Source: Setoptus koraiensis
Lineage: Eukaryota > Animalia > Arthropoda
DNA: 64,000 nt
Assembly (NCBI GenBank): GCA_048013815.1
Contig: CM106586.1
Coordinates: forward strand, 24,366,001 to 24,430,000
Direction of reading: 5' to 3'
The first letter of the stretch is position 1, and each line of letters opens with the position of its first letter. The position numbers were made by a program, and so were the translations under genes. The notes beneath the pieces were generated by a model. It had not been told where the DNA came from. It did no database searches and saw only the letters and a program-made list of their open reading frames with translations. Of this stretch, positions 1 through 11,309 are shown piece by piece.

Positions 1-965
1 ACACAGCTGAGGCAGCGGCAACGGCAACGGTAGTAAAGTAATGTTAGTGGTGTCAATAGTGCGGAAGACAACATCATCATCCTCATCATCACCATCATCA
101 TCATCATCATCATCATAATTGACAACGACTGGATAAACAACAATAAGATATATCATTAATTGATTTTAATTTATATAAACATAAATCAACCAACACACAT
201 CTCTAGACATGCATAATTTTATAAAAATAATTATTTATAATATATAGATATGCTACACTGCACAGTATATAAATAATAATTATTATCAGCCATACAAGAG
301 TTTGCTTCTATCCAATTATAATAAGCGCTCTACAAACTAACTATACACAGCACGATAACATATCGTATTAAATCTGATATCTAAGCATATAAACGACAAA
401 TTGAGACATTTCAATTATCAGCGCCATACTGATATCATTGATTGGTTGGTATCCTTGCTACATTAGACGCTACTATGCCCATTAACTCTTCTTGCATCAG
501 AACTAAACATCTCACAATATATTCGATCAATCTTAACATATTGGTATTAGTCTCGTAGAATGTACATGTCTCAATAGTAACTTGACTGATCAACCCACAA
601 TCAATTCGTAAATCAAACATGACCAGAGAGAGATAGATAAGCAATCACGAAGTTTTCTATCATGATATATTTATGTTGACTAAGTTCTCACATACTGAAG
701 CAAACAAGTCAGATAAATATAGTGTAAGGCATACAAGAAGCGTTTCCCTTTTGGTTGGGCGCACAGAGCTAAACAATTTTCCCTGCCTATTAATTATTAT
801 CACTGAATTGACAAGATTTGGATCATTATTATTATAATAGGCTCTCCTTCAAAAAGAAGATATAAGTTTCTGATGTCAGTTGATCACACACACGCACATT
901 AAAATTTACACTAAATTTAATGTGTATATCATTGAAAATTACTCAACAACTCACATGCAAAACAC

Positions 966-3427
966 ATGGTGATGAAGTTTCTAAAACCAATCCCTCTAGT
1001 TATAGTAAGTATTTACTGCATCAGCTTATTCGCAGATTGTTCTAGGACCGATGAGCTAAATAACCGGAGCACTTCCAAGACTTACCTTAATCATTTTGCC
1101 GTCAAGCTAGCACCGAAAGCCGATCCAAATGACGTGGCCAATAGATCTGGTTATACCAATCTTGGTAAAATAGGTTCATTAGAAAATTACTATTTATTTG
1201 TCGGTCATCATGTGTCTAAAAGGTCTCTAGACTCTTATCATCCTCAAACTCTCGATGGACATGATCATGTTGAGTGGTTTGAGCAACAACATGTCAAAGT
1301 CAGACCTAAAAGAGACATGAGTATTCTCACCCTTCCTACCTCACCGGCCCTTACTCCAGCTAGAGTGCTCAATTATGTCAATTTTTCAGATCCTCTATAC
1401 AATAAACAATGGTACTTTCACGGGGGAGCTCGTGGAGGATTCGATATGAATATTGCTGCTGTTTGGAAAATGGGCTACACAGGAAAGAATGTTGTCCTTA
1501 CAATATTAGACGATGGAGTTCAAATAGACCATCCAGATCTCATTAGGAATTATGATCGTCGCGCTAGTTATGATATTAATGATCGTGACGACAATCCTAC
1601 GCCTCAAGACAATGCAGAGAATAAGCATGGCACTCGTTGTGCCGGAGAGATAGCAGCTGAGGCCGGAAACGAATATTGTGGTGTTGGTGTTGCATACAAT
1701 GCGAGCATCGGAGGGGTTAGAATGCTGGATGGAACGGTAACTGATGAAGTTGAAGCAACCGCTTTGAGCTTGAACCCAGACCACATCGATGTTTACAGTG
1801 CCTCATGGGGTCCTGATGATAATGGTAAAACCGTAGATGGACCGGGTCATTTAGCGGCCCAGGCTTTCATTAATGGTGTCAAGACTGGGAGAAAAGGTTA
1901 GTTCAATTTCTGTTTGGTTATCACCTATTATTTCTTCCTAATTTCTTATAATATATTATAATGCTCTAATTCTCATGTAAATTATCTACTTAGGTTTGGG
2001 AAGCATCTTTGTTTGGGCATCAGGTAATGGAGGTAGAAAGTCGGACAATTGTAATTGCGATGGATATACAAACTCAATCTACACCTTATCCATAAGTAGT
2101 GCCACGCAAAGAGGTGCAAAACCCTGGTACCTTGAAGAATGTTCCTCTACGCTTGCCACCACCTACAGCAGTGGGACACCCACTAAAGATGAGAACATAG
2201 TCACTGTTGATCAAAACACTGAGTTTCAAAAAGCTATCGATGAGAGAAAGCAGCCGGACCCTAGTAAGCTGTGCACCCAAGTGCACACCGGAACATCCGC
2301 TAGCGCACCTATCGCAGCTGGTATAGTCGCCCTGGCATTGGAAGCAAACCCCAATCTGACATGGAGAGATATGCAACATTTAGTTGTTAGAACTTCTAGA
2401 TATGATCCATTGAAGCAGGAAAGTGGTTGGGTGTCCAACGCCGTCGGTCGTAAAGTAAGCCATAAGTTTGGCTACGGGCTCATGGATGCAGAAGCTATGG
2501 TAAGTGATATTTACTACTATTCACTACGATATATATAATCGTGCTACTTTATTCGTGGATGCTATACTAATATGAGATATTCCACAATTACAGGTTAAAT
2601 TGGCTTTGAAATGGAAGACTTCACCTCCACAAACGATTTGTAAGACTTCCTCTGATAACAAAGAAAGATTGATCCAAGACAAATTGATTGTTACTATGAA
2701 TACTAATGGTTGCGCGGGTGCTGAGAATGCAATAAATTATTTGGAACATGTCCAGGCGAGAATAAGCCTGAAATATCATTTAAGAGGCAATCTGAAAATA
2801 ACTCTGATCTCACCATCGAATACACCATCTCACTTATTGTTACCTCGCCCACGCGACACTGATGAAGATACTTTTGACAAATGGCCATTCATGTCAGTCC
2901 ACTTTTGGGGAGAGAAACCTCAAGGCACTTGGAAACTGATCATCGAAAATGATAACAAAAGACGGGCTCTAGATCAGCAAGGCCACCTATTTTCATGGTC
3001 TCTCATCTTCTATGGTACGGCTGTCGCACCTCAAGATGATCACCACCGCGATAATATTACATCTATGCATTACAATCAATCTACACTGAGATTGAATAGT
3101 GGACACAACCTACCTCGACGAACTTATGATCAAGCAACTTTTCATCACGATTCGGACGATGTGACTATATTTAAACCCCATTTCCTACACCTTGACCGGT
3201 CATCTATTGCAAATTCTCAAACATGGATGGTGCCTATAGGCATTGTATTGTCAATATTTGTGATAACAATTTTAGTTCTGGCTACAATATTTAGTCTGTT
3301 CAAAGTAGGATCCAAGATAGTATCCAGCATTGATCAAAGGAGGCGACCAAGATCTAATAGCAGGCAGCATAACTCTAGTACAGCAAATTACTCACGACTA
3401 CTCAATGATACAACGTCAGAATGTTAA
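966..3427 (+). CDS. Fur2: Furin-like proprotein convertase, Fur2 type; join(966..1896,1994..2499,2594..3427), 756 aa
   Basis: Signal peptide, prodomain ending RPKR, catalytic motifs [17 protein letters not shown] and GTSASAP, Fur2-type [20 protein letters not shown]-domain with RGN, then TM and a YSRL tail. Two GT-AG introns (97 and 94 bp) join the three ORFs in frame. Confidence 0.93.
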
Positions 3428-3687
3428 TAGGTCTATTAATATGTTACAACTGTATTTGAATGATTTGTTCAGAGATAATTAACTTTGCCACGGTTTACGG
3501 TTTGATAAGAAATTTTTTTATGATCACATTAACAAAACGGATGTAAATGATACTAAACGAACTGTTGAAGTAATTATCGGTACACCCCAAATATGCGAGA
3601 GCGCTTTCAGTTTGATAACAAACAGCTGATCATTATAATGATTTAGTCGATTGATCTAGACAAAAATCCGAACAAATACGCGAACTA

Positions 3688-4212
3688 TTAATGATATTTC
3701 TCATGGTGAGAACAAGTACCAAATGGCGTCACTATCTCTAGGTTGAGGTTCATATTTTGCCATTTAATGAAATGCTTTAAGAATGTAGGATAAATTGTAT
3801 ATAATAACAATGTCGCAATTATCAGCCAATAAATCGTAGTTATATAAGCAATTGCTTTCAGAATACTGTCGAGGGTGTCGTGTAATAAGTTAATTGTAAC
3901 CAATGACAAGAATACGGAATATCCTACAAAAATAGCTAGGATCAAGGTGCGCACGATGGCTCGTCTGATTTCATCGTTTCTATAACCTGTATAAGTATTA
4001 TCAATGGAGAATATATTCTTCAGCCATGATGTCACTCGGGGCCGTTTTATACTCCACTTGTAATTCTTCGAACACTTACCGCAAAAGTTGCTGTTGACTG
4101 AATCGAGTAATAATTTCAGACAACTATTCTTGTCTGTCAAGGTGGCTCTTTCCAATTGGGTAAGTATTGTGTCTGCGTCATGTTTCTCTAGACCCAGATA
4201 TGTCAATGACAT
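3688..4212 (-). CDS. Two-TM protein resembling a MARCH (RING-CH) E3 ligase with only the C-terminal half of the RING
   Basis: ATG at 4212. SCLKLLLDSVNSNFCGKCSKNYKWSIKRPRVTSWLK parallels the MARCH2/3 pattern (SCLxxWL...CxxC...RPRxxxxWLK, from memory) and is followed by two hydrophobic helices. Confidence 0.45.
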   Translation of the reverse strand: MSLTYLGLEKHDADTILTQLERATLTDKNSCLKLLLDSVNSNFCGKCSKNYKWSIKRPRVTSWLKNIFSIDNTYTGYRNDEIRRAIVRTLILAIFVGYSVFLSLVTINLLHDTLDSILKAIAYITTIYWLIIATLLLYTIYPTFLKHFIKWQNMNLNLEIVTPFGTCSHHEKYH

Positions 4213-4743
4213 AAGTGGCAACAAACGATACAGCAAACCGATATTCGAGGGTCACCTTGTATTGCGGATTTATTTTGAAAATTTGTTTTTATTTGTCGTT
4301 GCTACATTAAATTGTCTTTCACACTTGAGAGGTTGATATTTACCTGTCACGTGAGCACAATCAATAGCAATAGAGCCAACATTATTGTTATTGCTTACAA
4401 GGTAGTTTCTGAGATCTATCTATCTATCTAACAAGCCGAATGAGGGTTAAGTATTCCATATTTTGTTTGCTTGTTTGTTTAGTGAGCACAATACGTATCA
4501 TGATGATGTGTTTGTTTTAGTAATTACGCTTAGTAACAATGCTTGAGAAAAGTTGAGATTAGAGTAGAGAAAAAATCACGATCATGAGGCTTGACGGCAG
4601 AATTCAGTGAGGAAACAAAAGTTTTGATATAGCTTTGAGCATCGAACAATATCATCGTTTACGATGTTATTGTTTGAGAAGATACTTTTATCTATCTTGT
4701 TTGAATGTACATATTTAAACTACTGTATTAAGCTTCTGAAGGC

Positions 4744-7155
4744 TCAAACTTGTGATTCTGATCTAGGAATTCCATCAGGCGGCGCAGATATCGCTGTTGT
4801 TGGCTGCTCGAGTCCACCTGCCTCACGCTCCAAAAGGGTGGCTCTATAGGCGCTGAGGTAGTCGTTTCTAGTGATCTTCAGATAAGATGTATTGGCAACA
4901 ACCTCAACGGTGTAATCGGGTATAAAATGTTGTTGAAGCGGCGCTTGAGAGCCATTCAATTTGTTGAGAGACAAATTAGAGGCACGTAACTCTTTCATTG
5001 GGATTGACCGATTTGGCGATGCCTGTTGCGCTTCGTTCTTGTCAGGTTGTGACACAACCAATTCCAATTTTTTCATAGATATAGAAATGGAGCCAGAGTT
5101 ACTGAGCAAACCCGGTTCAGGTGCTGCAATAGTTGGTTGCTCTAATTTCTCTAATGTCAATGCATTAACACCAAAACAGCTAAATGGTCCTCCATCAAAT
5201 ACTAGACTCTCTTTGCCGCAAACAACATGCACTCGACCCTCCAGTATCATAATGAAATAATCGGCGGGCTCGCCGGTTGTATATAAACGCTTGCTGGCCG
5301 CATTGGCAGCGTCTAATTTGCATTTGTAGTAAATTTTCTGTGATAGTAGCCGCTTTAAAATGGAATCGCTGATGTATTTATAAGTGAACGGTTCTACTGT
5401 AGTAGCTAAATATTGATAGGCAGCTAAACATAATTGCGGTGTAACAACATTGAAACCAGAATCACCTTGGCCCAAATTGGTGCTAAATTGTGAGAAATCT
5501 TTTCTTACTTGAGCTTCTTTGCGACGTCTCTTACGTCTATTATCACTCAATGTATCTGTTTCGTCATTAATTTCCATTTGCATGATCTCTTCAATAACAT
5601 CCTCTAATGTAACAACACCAATTATCTCATAATATGGATCATTTTCGCCATCGTCCAATATTCTTCTGACCATGGCCATATGAGATTTACCTGTTTTAAA
5701 TTCGTCCAATGCCAGGTCTAAGGTAGCATCTTCAAAAACGTACATGATGGGATGATTATAGAAGCTGATCATTGTGTGAACAGGCGTTTTATCATCCGGA
5801 TCTAACAATGCCAAATCTTTAGCGAACAACAATGCCACTATGTTTTTTCTATCTGATTCATACACAGGTATCCTAGAGTATCCACGTTCTATTATTTGTT
5901 GAATGGTGTCAAAGTCCAACACTGATGTCATATTTAACATGTAAACATCTTCTAATCTTGTCATAACTTCTGATACTTTGATACGTTTTAGTTTGAGCGC
6001 GCCAGATATTATGTTGACCTCGTCAGTTTCTAGATTATTGTATTCGCGTGTAACACGTATAAATTCCATTAGTCTCTCTCTATCATAAACGTGACCAATT
6101 TCCTCACCTAATGCAAGATCTAAACAAAAGCTCACCGGCCAGCTCAATGGCCAAGTGACTACCATGAAGAAATAGGTTAAGAATACAGTTTTTGCGCCCA
6201 CTGCCAATCCATGGCGAGAACAGAACGCTTGTGGTAATATCTCGCCAAACATTACAATAAATATAGTTGAAACGAAAACGGCCACTAAACCGCTTGTAAG
6301 ATCTTCCAATAATACGGCGATAGTTGAATTAACTAAAACGTTTGAGAATAGTAGCGAGCACAATAGATAATTGCCACGACGTCTAACTGGCTCGATGGCT
6401 CTAGCGTAGCGTTTCTCTGTTTCCGAACCGCATGATATTATAACTTGAAGCTCATTCTTGTCTAGAGCCATTAAACCCAAATTCAATCCAGAAAATAGAC
6501 CAGATAAGGCCAACAATAGTGCTATCAATATTATTTGCATATAGAGTGGCAAAAATTTGGCCTCAATGTATAACCGAAGCCACGCATGCGGTCCCTGGTG
6601 GCTCCAGCGAGATGTATCGGCAGATTCGCGCAAACAAAGATAGTACAATTGAGCTTTGGCTCCTGGAGATGGCATATCAACAATAATAGTGGCCACCGAG
6701 CTTGTATGTGGCTTGACAAATAATTGGAAAGATTTAACGCGATCATTATGAGTGCAATCATCTTGAGGTAGGCCAGCTTGCGGTGTTAGCGCAACGGATA
6801 AATTGCCAGTCAAATGTCTGCCAAATATAGTGACCTCAGTGGGATAGTTTGCTCTAATAACTAGCTCGCCCTCATCAGTTATATCTTTTGGCGTATCACA
6901 TCTGAAACCCAATATAACTGGCTTGGAGCCAGTTTCGCTAGTTACCACTTCGCTCTGGTTAGAGCCTTGGTCATCAATTAAGCCATCTTGGACATGACGC
7001 CTGACTCTTATTTTGGATATTACGTCATCATTTTGATTTTTCCAACTTTTAATTATTGTAAACAATATTAATGAAAATGCTAGAACTATGTATGATTTAA
7101 GTTTGAGGTTTTTCTTGCTAAACTTAGTTGAGAATATAGCATCGGATAACAACAT
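4744..7155 (-). CDS. CNNM: CNNM/Unextended metal (Mg2+) transporter, intronless, 803 aa
   Basis: N-terminal hydrophobic segment, extracellular domain, DUF21 ([21 protein letters not shown]), CBS pair (GYSRIPVYE, VTLEDVIEEI) and CNBH domain (YFIMILEGRV). Confidence 0.95.
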   Translation of the reverse strand: MLLSDAIFSTKFSKKNLKLKSYIVLAFSLILFTIIKSWKNQNDDVISKIRVRRHVQDGLIDDQGSNQSEVVTSETGSKPVILGFRCDTPKDITDEGELVIRANYPTEVTIFGRHLTGNLSVALTPQAGLPQDDCTHNDRVKSFQLFVKPHTSSVATIIVDMPSPGAKAQLYYLCLRESADTSRWSHQGPHAWLRLYIEAKFLPLYMQIILIALLLALSGLFSGLNLGLMALDKNELQVIISCGSETEKRYARAIEPVRRRGNYLLCSLLFSNVLVNSTIAVLLEDLTSGLVAVFVSTIFIVMFGEILPQAFCSRHGLAVGAKTVFLTYFFMVVTWPLSWPVSFCLDLALGEEIGHVYDRERLMEFIRVTREYNNLETDEVNIISGALKLKRIKVSEVMTRLEDVYMLNMTSVLDFDTIQQIIERGYSRIPVYESDRKNIVALLFAKDLALLDPDDKTPVHTMISFYNHPIMYVFEDATLDLALDEFKTGKSHMAMVRRILDDGENDPYYEIIGVVTLEDVIEEIMQMEINDETDTLSDNRRKRRRKEAQVRKDFSQFSTNLGQGDSGFNVVTPQLCLAAYQYLATTVEPFTYKYISDSILKRLLSQKIYYKCKLDAANAASKRLYTTGEPADYFIMILEGRVHVVCGKESLVFDGGPFSCFGVNALTLEKLEQPTIAAPEPGLLSNSGSISISMKKLELVVSQPDKNEAQQASPNRSIPMKELRASNLSLNKLNGSQAPLQQHFIPDYTVEVVANTSYLKITRNDYLSAYRATLLEREAGGLEQPTTAISAPPDGIPRSESQV

Positions 7156-7666
7156 ATTATATAAGCATATATGAATATAAATATTATGTTATATAATACG
7201 TATTTATATGTTTATAAATATATATCTATATCTATCTAGATATATGCGTATATATCTTTGGTAATAGAGATGATAATGATAATAACAACAATAATAAAAA
7301 CAACGATAATACTAATAATAGTGATAATAATGCTAAATTGGGTGGTGTATATAGAGTTGTTGTAAATGGGGACCTATAGCTATTATCAAGTCAACGGCTA
7401 GACAGCAGAAATCTCTATGTTAACCCAATCTAGGGGTGTTTGTATGTACTGTAATGCTGCAATAGGGGAAGCACTGGAGGTTGTTATGTAATGAAGTAAT
7501 GGTTGGTAGTAGTAGTAGTGGTAGAACATGTGTATGTCTCATAGCATTGTATACATACTAGGGACCGAATCTAGGTTACCAGAGCTACACACCATGAGTG
7601 ATATACGGTATAGTACAATACATAGTGGTGCACGAAATGAGCTTGCTCCGTAGGTTAATTCTCAAT

Positions 7667-7669
<3 letters not shown>

Positions 7670-7731
<62 letters not shown>
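7670..7731. repeat. (CT)n microsatellite, about 31 units
   Basis: Perfect dinucleotide run in the sequence. Confidence 0.97.
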
Positions 7732-7734
<3 letters not shown>

Positions 7735-8405
7735 CTCTACTATTTCCCTCTTCTTTCATCCTCTCGTAGTCACTAGCGACTATTACTAGCTCTAGCTGGA
7801 TAGTAGCCAGTATAGTTCAGCACCAGTGTTAGAAGTAGCAGTGGAGTTAGCCGTCAAGAGGATAGTGGGGAACTATAGCAGCCTACAGCTACTAGATACA
7901 AGCTAACATGAGAGAGAGAGAGAGAGCGAGCGAAAGAGCTATCTAGCCAATTGGCTTACTGCATGGCTCGATAGATAGATAGAGAGCTGTTAGCTCGCTG
8001 GTTTTTGTTTGCGAGGGAGGGGGGCGTGTAAGGGCATATAGGACGAATATAAATTCGAGTACCGCGTGCTTAGGCGACCAAATGTTGCTATTCGCCTTCA
8101 AGGCATGACTTATGTTACTTGAGAGATAGTCACTCCAAGTCCCGATTCCGTTATCATAGATGCATTTACACAAACACACATACACACATGCACATTGAAG
8201 AAACTAATAGACATTCATGGACTAGGGTTGTAGAGAGATAAATATATCTAATTGATAAGTGCTACAATTGTCCCCTCGATTCAGATTTATGAATACAAAC
8301 AGGAACAAAGGGAGAAAGAGAGAGAGAGCGGGAGAGACAGAGTCCATCGCAATGTTTCAGATTTGCGATGACAAGAATGAAAACAAATGTACATTTACTC
8401 CTAAT

Positions 8406-8437
<32 letters not shown>

Positions 8438-9827
8438 CTACACAAAACCTTACGGCGAGCCTGCTGGTTAGCTAGGGTACTATAGGGTGTCTAGATGAAA
8501 TGGACCAATTCATGCAGATTATGCTACGTTGCGTTCCACAATGCATTTTATTCAATTCACATTGACAGTTACACAAGCACAGCTCGTGCTCGTGCGCATC
8601 TCGAATAGCCTCGGCTGTACTAGTCCAACGCACGCTGTGCCGCATAGAACACACGAGGCTGACCTGCTATCAACAGCACACACCATAAAACTCTACATTT
8701 TGTGCTCTTGAGCGGCTCATAATGTTTTTGTGCTGGCCAACTTGATCAAGACACTCCTATAGGTGCCTTCGGATAGAGGTTCCTTTTCAATGTGTTTGTG
8801 AGTGTGACGCAAAGTTGTAGCTGGCGTAAAATTACAAGTGGATATTGTGTCTATCGCTATGTCAGCACAACTCTATTGTACCAGCTTGCATTGCCAGTCG
8901 ATTGCAATCGTTCGTCATAGTTCACAATACCAACTTGCTCTCTCTCTCACTCCCTCTCTTTCTGTTGGTCTGTATATATCGACGTCATCTTGCGTACAAC
9001 AATTGTGTCAATCCATACACACTGCCTAAATACGTCTAATTGTTGTTCAGATTGTGCAATTAAGACAGACTGATAAGAGGTGGAACATACACTAACGTAC
9101 TTGTGAGATTACACGGTAGAGTTCGCGTGGTTTATTTTGTCATCTTCCTTCGATCATCATCTCTCTAATGATTAATCGTGCGATATGTGGCAGTTGGTTT
9201 CTATCTCTTTCTATATCTCTCTATAGCCGACTTGTTGGCCAATCAATGGTAAAAGTTCTTTGAACTTGGCGCTATATCTAATCGGTCTGAGCAGGCGCGT
9301 CTTGATGATATTATAGTTATCGTTATCGAAGGTTTTATCATTGTCATAATGTGTAATGTGGCCACCTCTATCTCTATTTCTATATGTTTCTACGCTCCCT
9401 ACACCATTCACATTGACACTCACCTCTCTGCAGACTGCAGTGTAGAACACACATTACAGTATTGTTTTGCACAAATTAACGCTGATGTGCATGTGCACAA
9501 TCAGATAGCACATGTACACATGTATCTGCATGAGGCGGTCTTGTTAGAGTTGCACAATATGCGCAAATTGACTGCACATGGTCGACTAAACGAGGCACAT
9601 GTACACGACAGATTATTGAAACGATTACTATACTTGCATTGAAAAAGAATTCACAATCCGTTCACGCCCAGCAAGGTCAGGTCAACACGTTCAATTAGAA
9701 ATCATCATCAATTTATTAAAGTCAAATATATTTATGATTCTTTTGACATCTTATTCTCAGCTTATTTCCAAGAAATTTATATCTATCTAGCAAACATTTA
9801 CACTCATTAAGTTATATTATACAAGCC

Positions 9828-11093
9828 ATGTTGTCCTCAAGTCTTAAAGTTACCCAACTAAGACTATCTGTGTGCCCTTCACGTTCGGCATCATGGTGGT
9901 CGGGCGTAGAGATGGGTCCACCAGATCCGATATTGGGCGTCACAGAGGCATTCAAACGTGATACTAGTCCTAAAAAAATCAACTTAGGAGTGGGTGCCTA
10001 TCGTGATGACAACGGAAAACCATTTGTTTTGCCTAGTGTTAAAGAGGCTGAGAAACGTATCGCAGCAGCCAATTTTGACCATGAATATTTGCCGATCAGT
10101 GGAAACGCCGTATTTTGTCAAGAATCCGCTAAATTAGCCTTTGGTGATGATAGTATTGTTATTAAAGAAAATCTCAACGCTACAGTTCAAGGATTATCTG
10201 GAACAGGATCGCTCACAGTTGGTGCGGCATTCTTGAAAAACTTCTTCCCCGGAAGCCAAGATGTCTACATGCCAGCACCTACCTGGGGTAATCATATTCC
10301 TCTGTTCAAGCGACTTGGATTTAATGTCAAACAGTATCGTTATTTTGACAAGAATACAAGCGGCTTCGATTTTAAAGGGGCCCTCGATGATCTAGCTCAA
10401 CTACCCCCCAAAACAATCGTATTACTTCACGCGTGTGCTCACAATCCAAGTGGAGTTGATCCAAAACCAGAACAATGGAAAGAGATTTCAGGACTCATGA
10501 AGAAACGTCAGTTATTTCCTTTCTTTGATATGGCATACCAGGGCTTTGCCTCTGGAGATATTAATCGCGATGCTAGTGCTCTCCGGTTGTTTGTCCAGGA
10601 TGGACACCAAGTCGCCTTGGCCCAATCTTTTGCCAAAAACATGGGCCTCTATGGTCAAAGAGTTGGCGCGTTTACTTTAACTGGAATCGACAAAGACGAA
10701 ACTCAAAAGATCATGTCCCAATTGAAAATTATCATCAGACCAATGTACTCAAATCCTCCTTTACACGGTGCTCGTATCGTTGAGACAATTCTCTGTGACA
10801 CCTCTTTGCGTGCACAATGGCTGGCCGACGTTAAACTCATGGCTGATCGCATTATATCTATGAGGCATGCACTTAGAGATGGACTTAAAAAGGAGGGCTC
10901 ACAGAAAGATTGGAGTCATGTTACAGACACTATAGGTATGTTCTGTTACACCGGTATGAATGCCGATCAAGTGACTAGATTATGGAACGAATTTAGCGTT
11001 TATTTGACTAAGGACGGTCGTGTCAGTATTGCGGGTATCACATCAAAGAACGTTGGTCATTTGGCTCATTCAATTCATCAGGTCACAAAATAG
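9828..11093 (+). CDS. GOT2: Mitochondrial aspartate aminotransferase, intronless
   Basis: Presequence, then [29 protein letters not shown] and the PLP lysine motif [11 protein letters not shown]. Confidence 0.97.
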   Translation: MLSSSLKVTQLRLSVCPSRSASWWSGVEMGPPDPILGVTEAFKRDTSPKKINLGVGAYRDDNGKPFVLPSVKEAEKRIAAANFDHEYLPISGNAVFCQESAKLAFGDDSIVIKENLNATVQGLSGTGSLTVGAAFLKNFFPGSQDVYMPAPTWGNHIPLFKRLGFNVKQYRYFDKNTSGFDFKGALDDLAQLPPKTIVLLHACAHNPSGVDPKPEQWKEISGLMKKRQLFPFFDMAYQGFASGDINRDASALRLFVQDGHQVALAQSFAKNMGLYGQRVGAFTLTGIDKDETQKIMSQLKIIIRPMYSNPPLHGARIVETILCDTSLRAQWLADVKLMADRIISMRHALRDGLKKEGSQKDWSHVTDTIGMFCYTGMNADQVTRLWNEFSVYLTKDGRVSIAGITSKNVGHLAHSIHQVTK

Positions 11094-11309
11094 AATGTCT
11101 TAAAAACATTTTAAGCTTAAGGCTTTGCTTTGTCGATAATTGTTGAAATTAGATAAGATTAAAATCGAATGTTAATTTTTAAATGTCTGTTGATAAATAA
11201 TTTCGATCACATTCGGTAAATCATATTGATTTGATGAATTGTTTGATGTAAAAGGTTTTAATCAGTTCTGTACAAGTAACAAAATAAAGTGTCTAAAAAG
11301 CCGATAAGA

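Noticed and set aside
9420-9645. Minus-strand Cys-rich frame with an in-frame TGA (selenoprotein?) and plus-strand His-rich ORF
   Set aside because: Both arise from TG/CA-rich low-complexity motifs (acatgt, gtgcac); no start, family match or SECIS seen.
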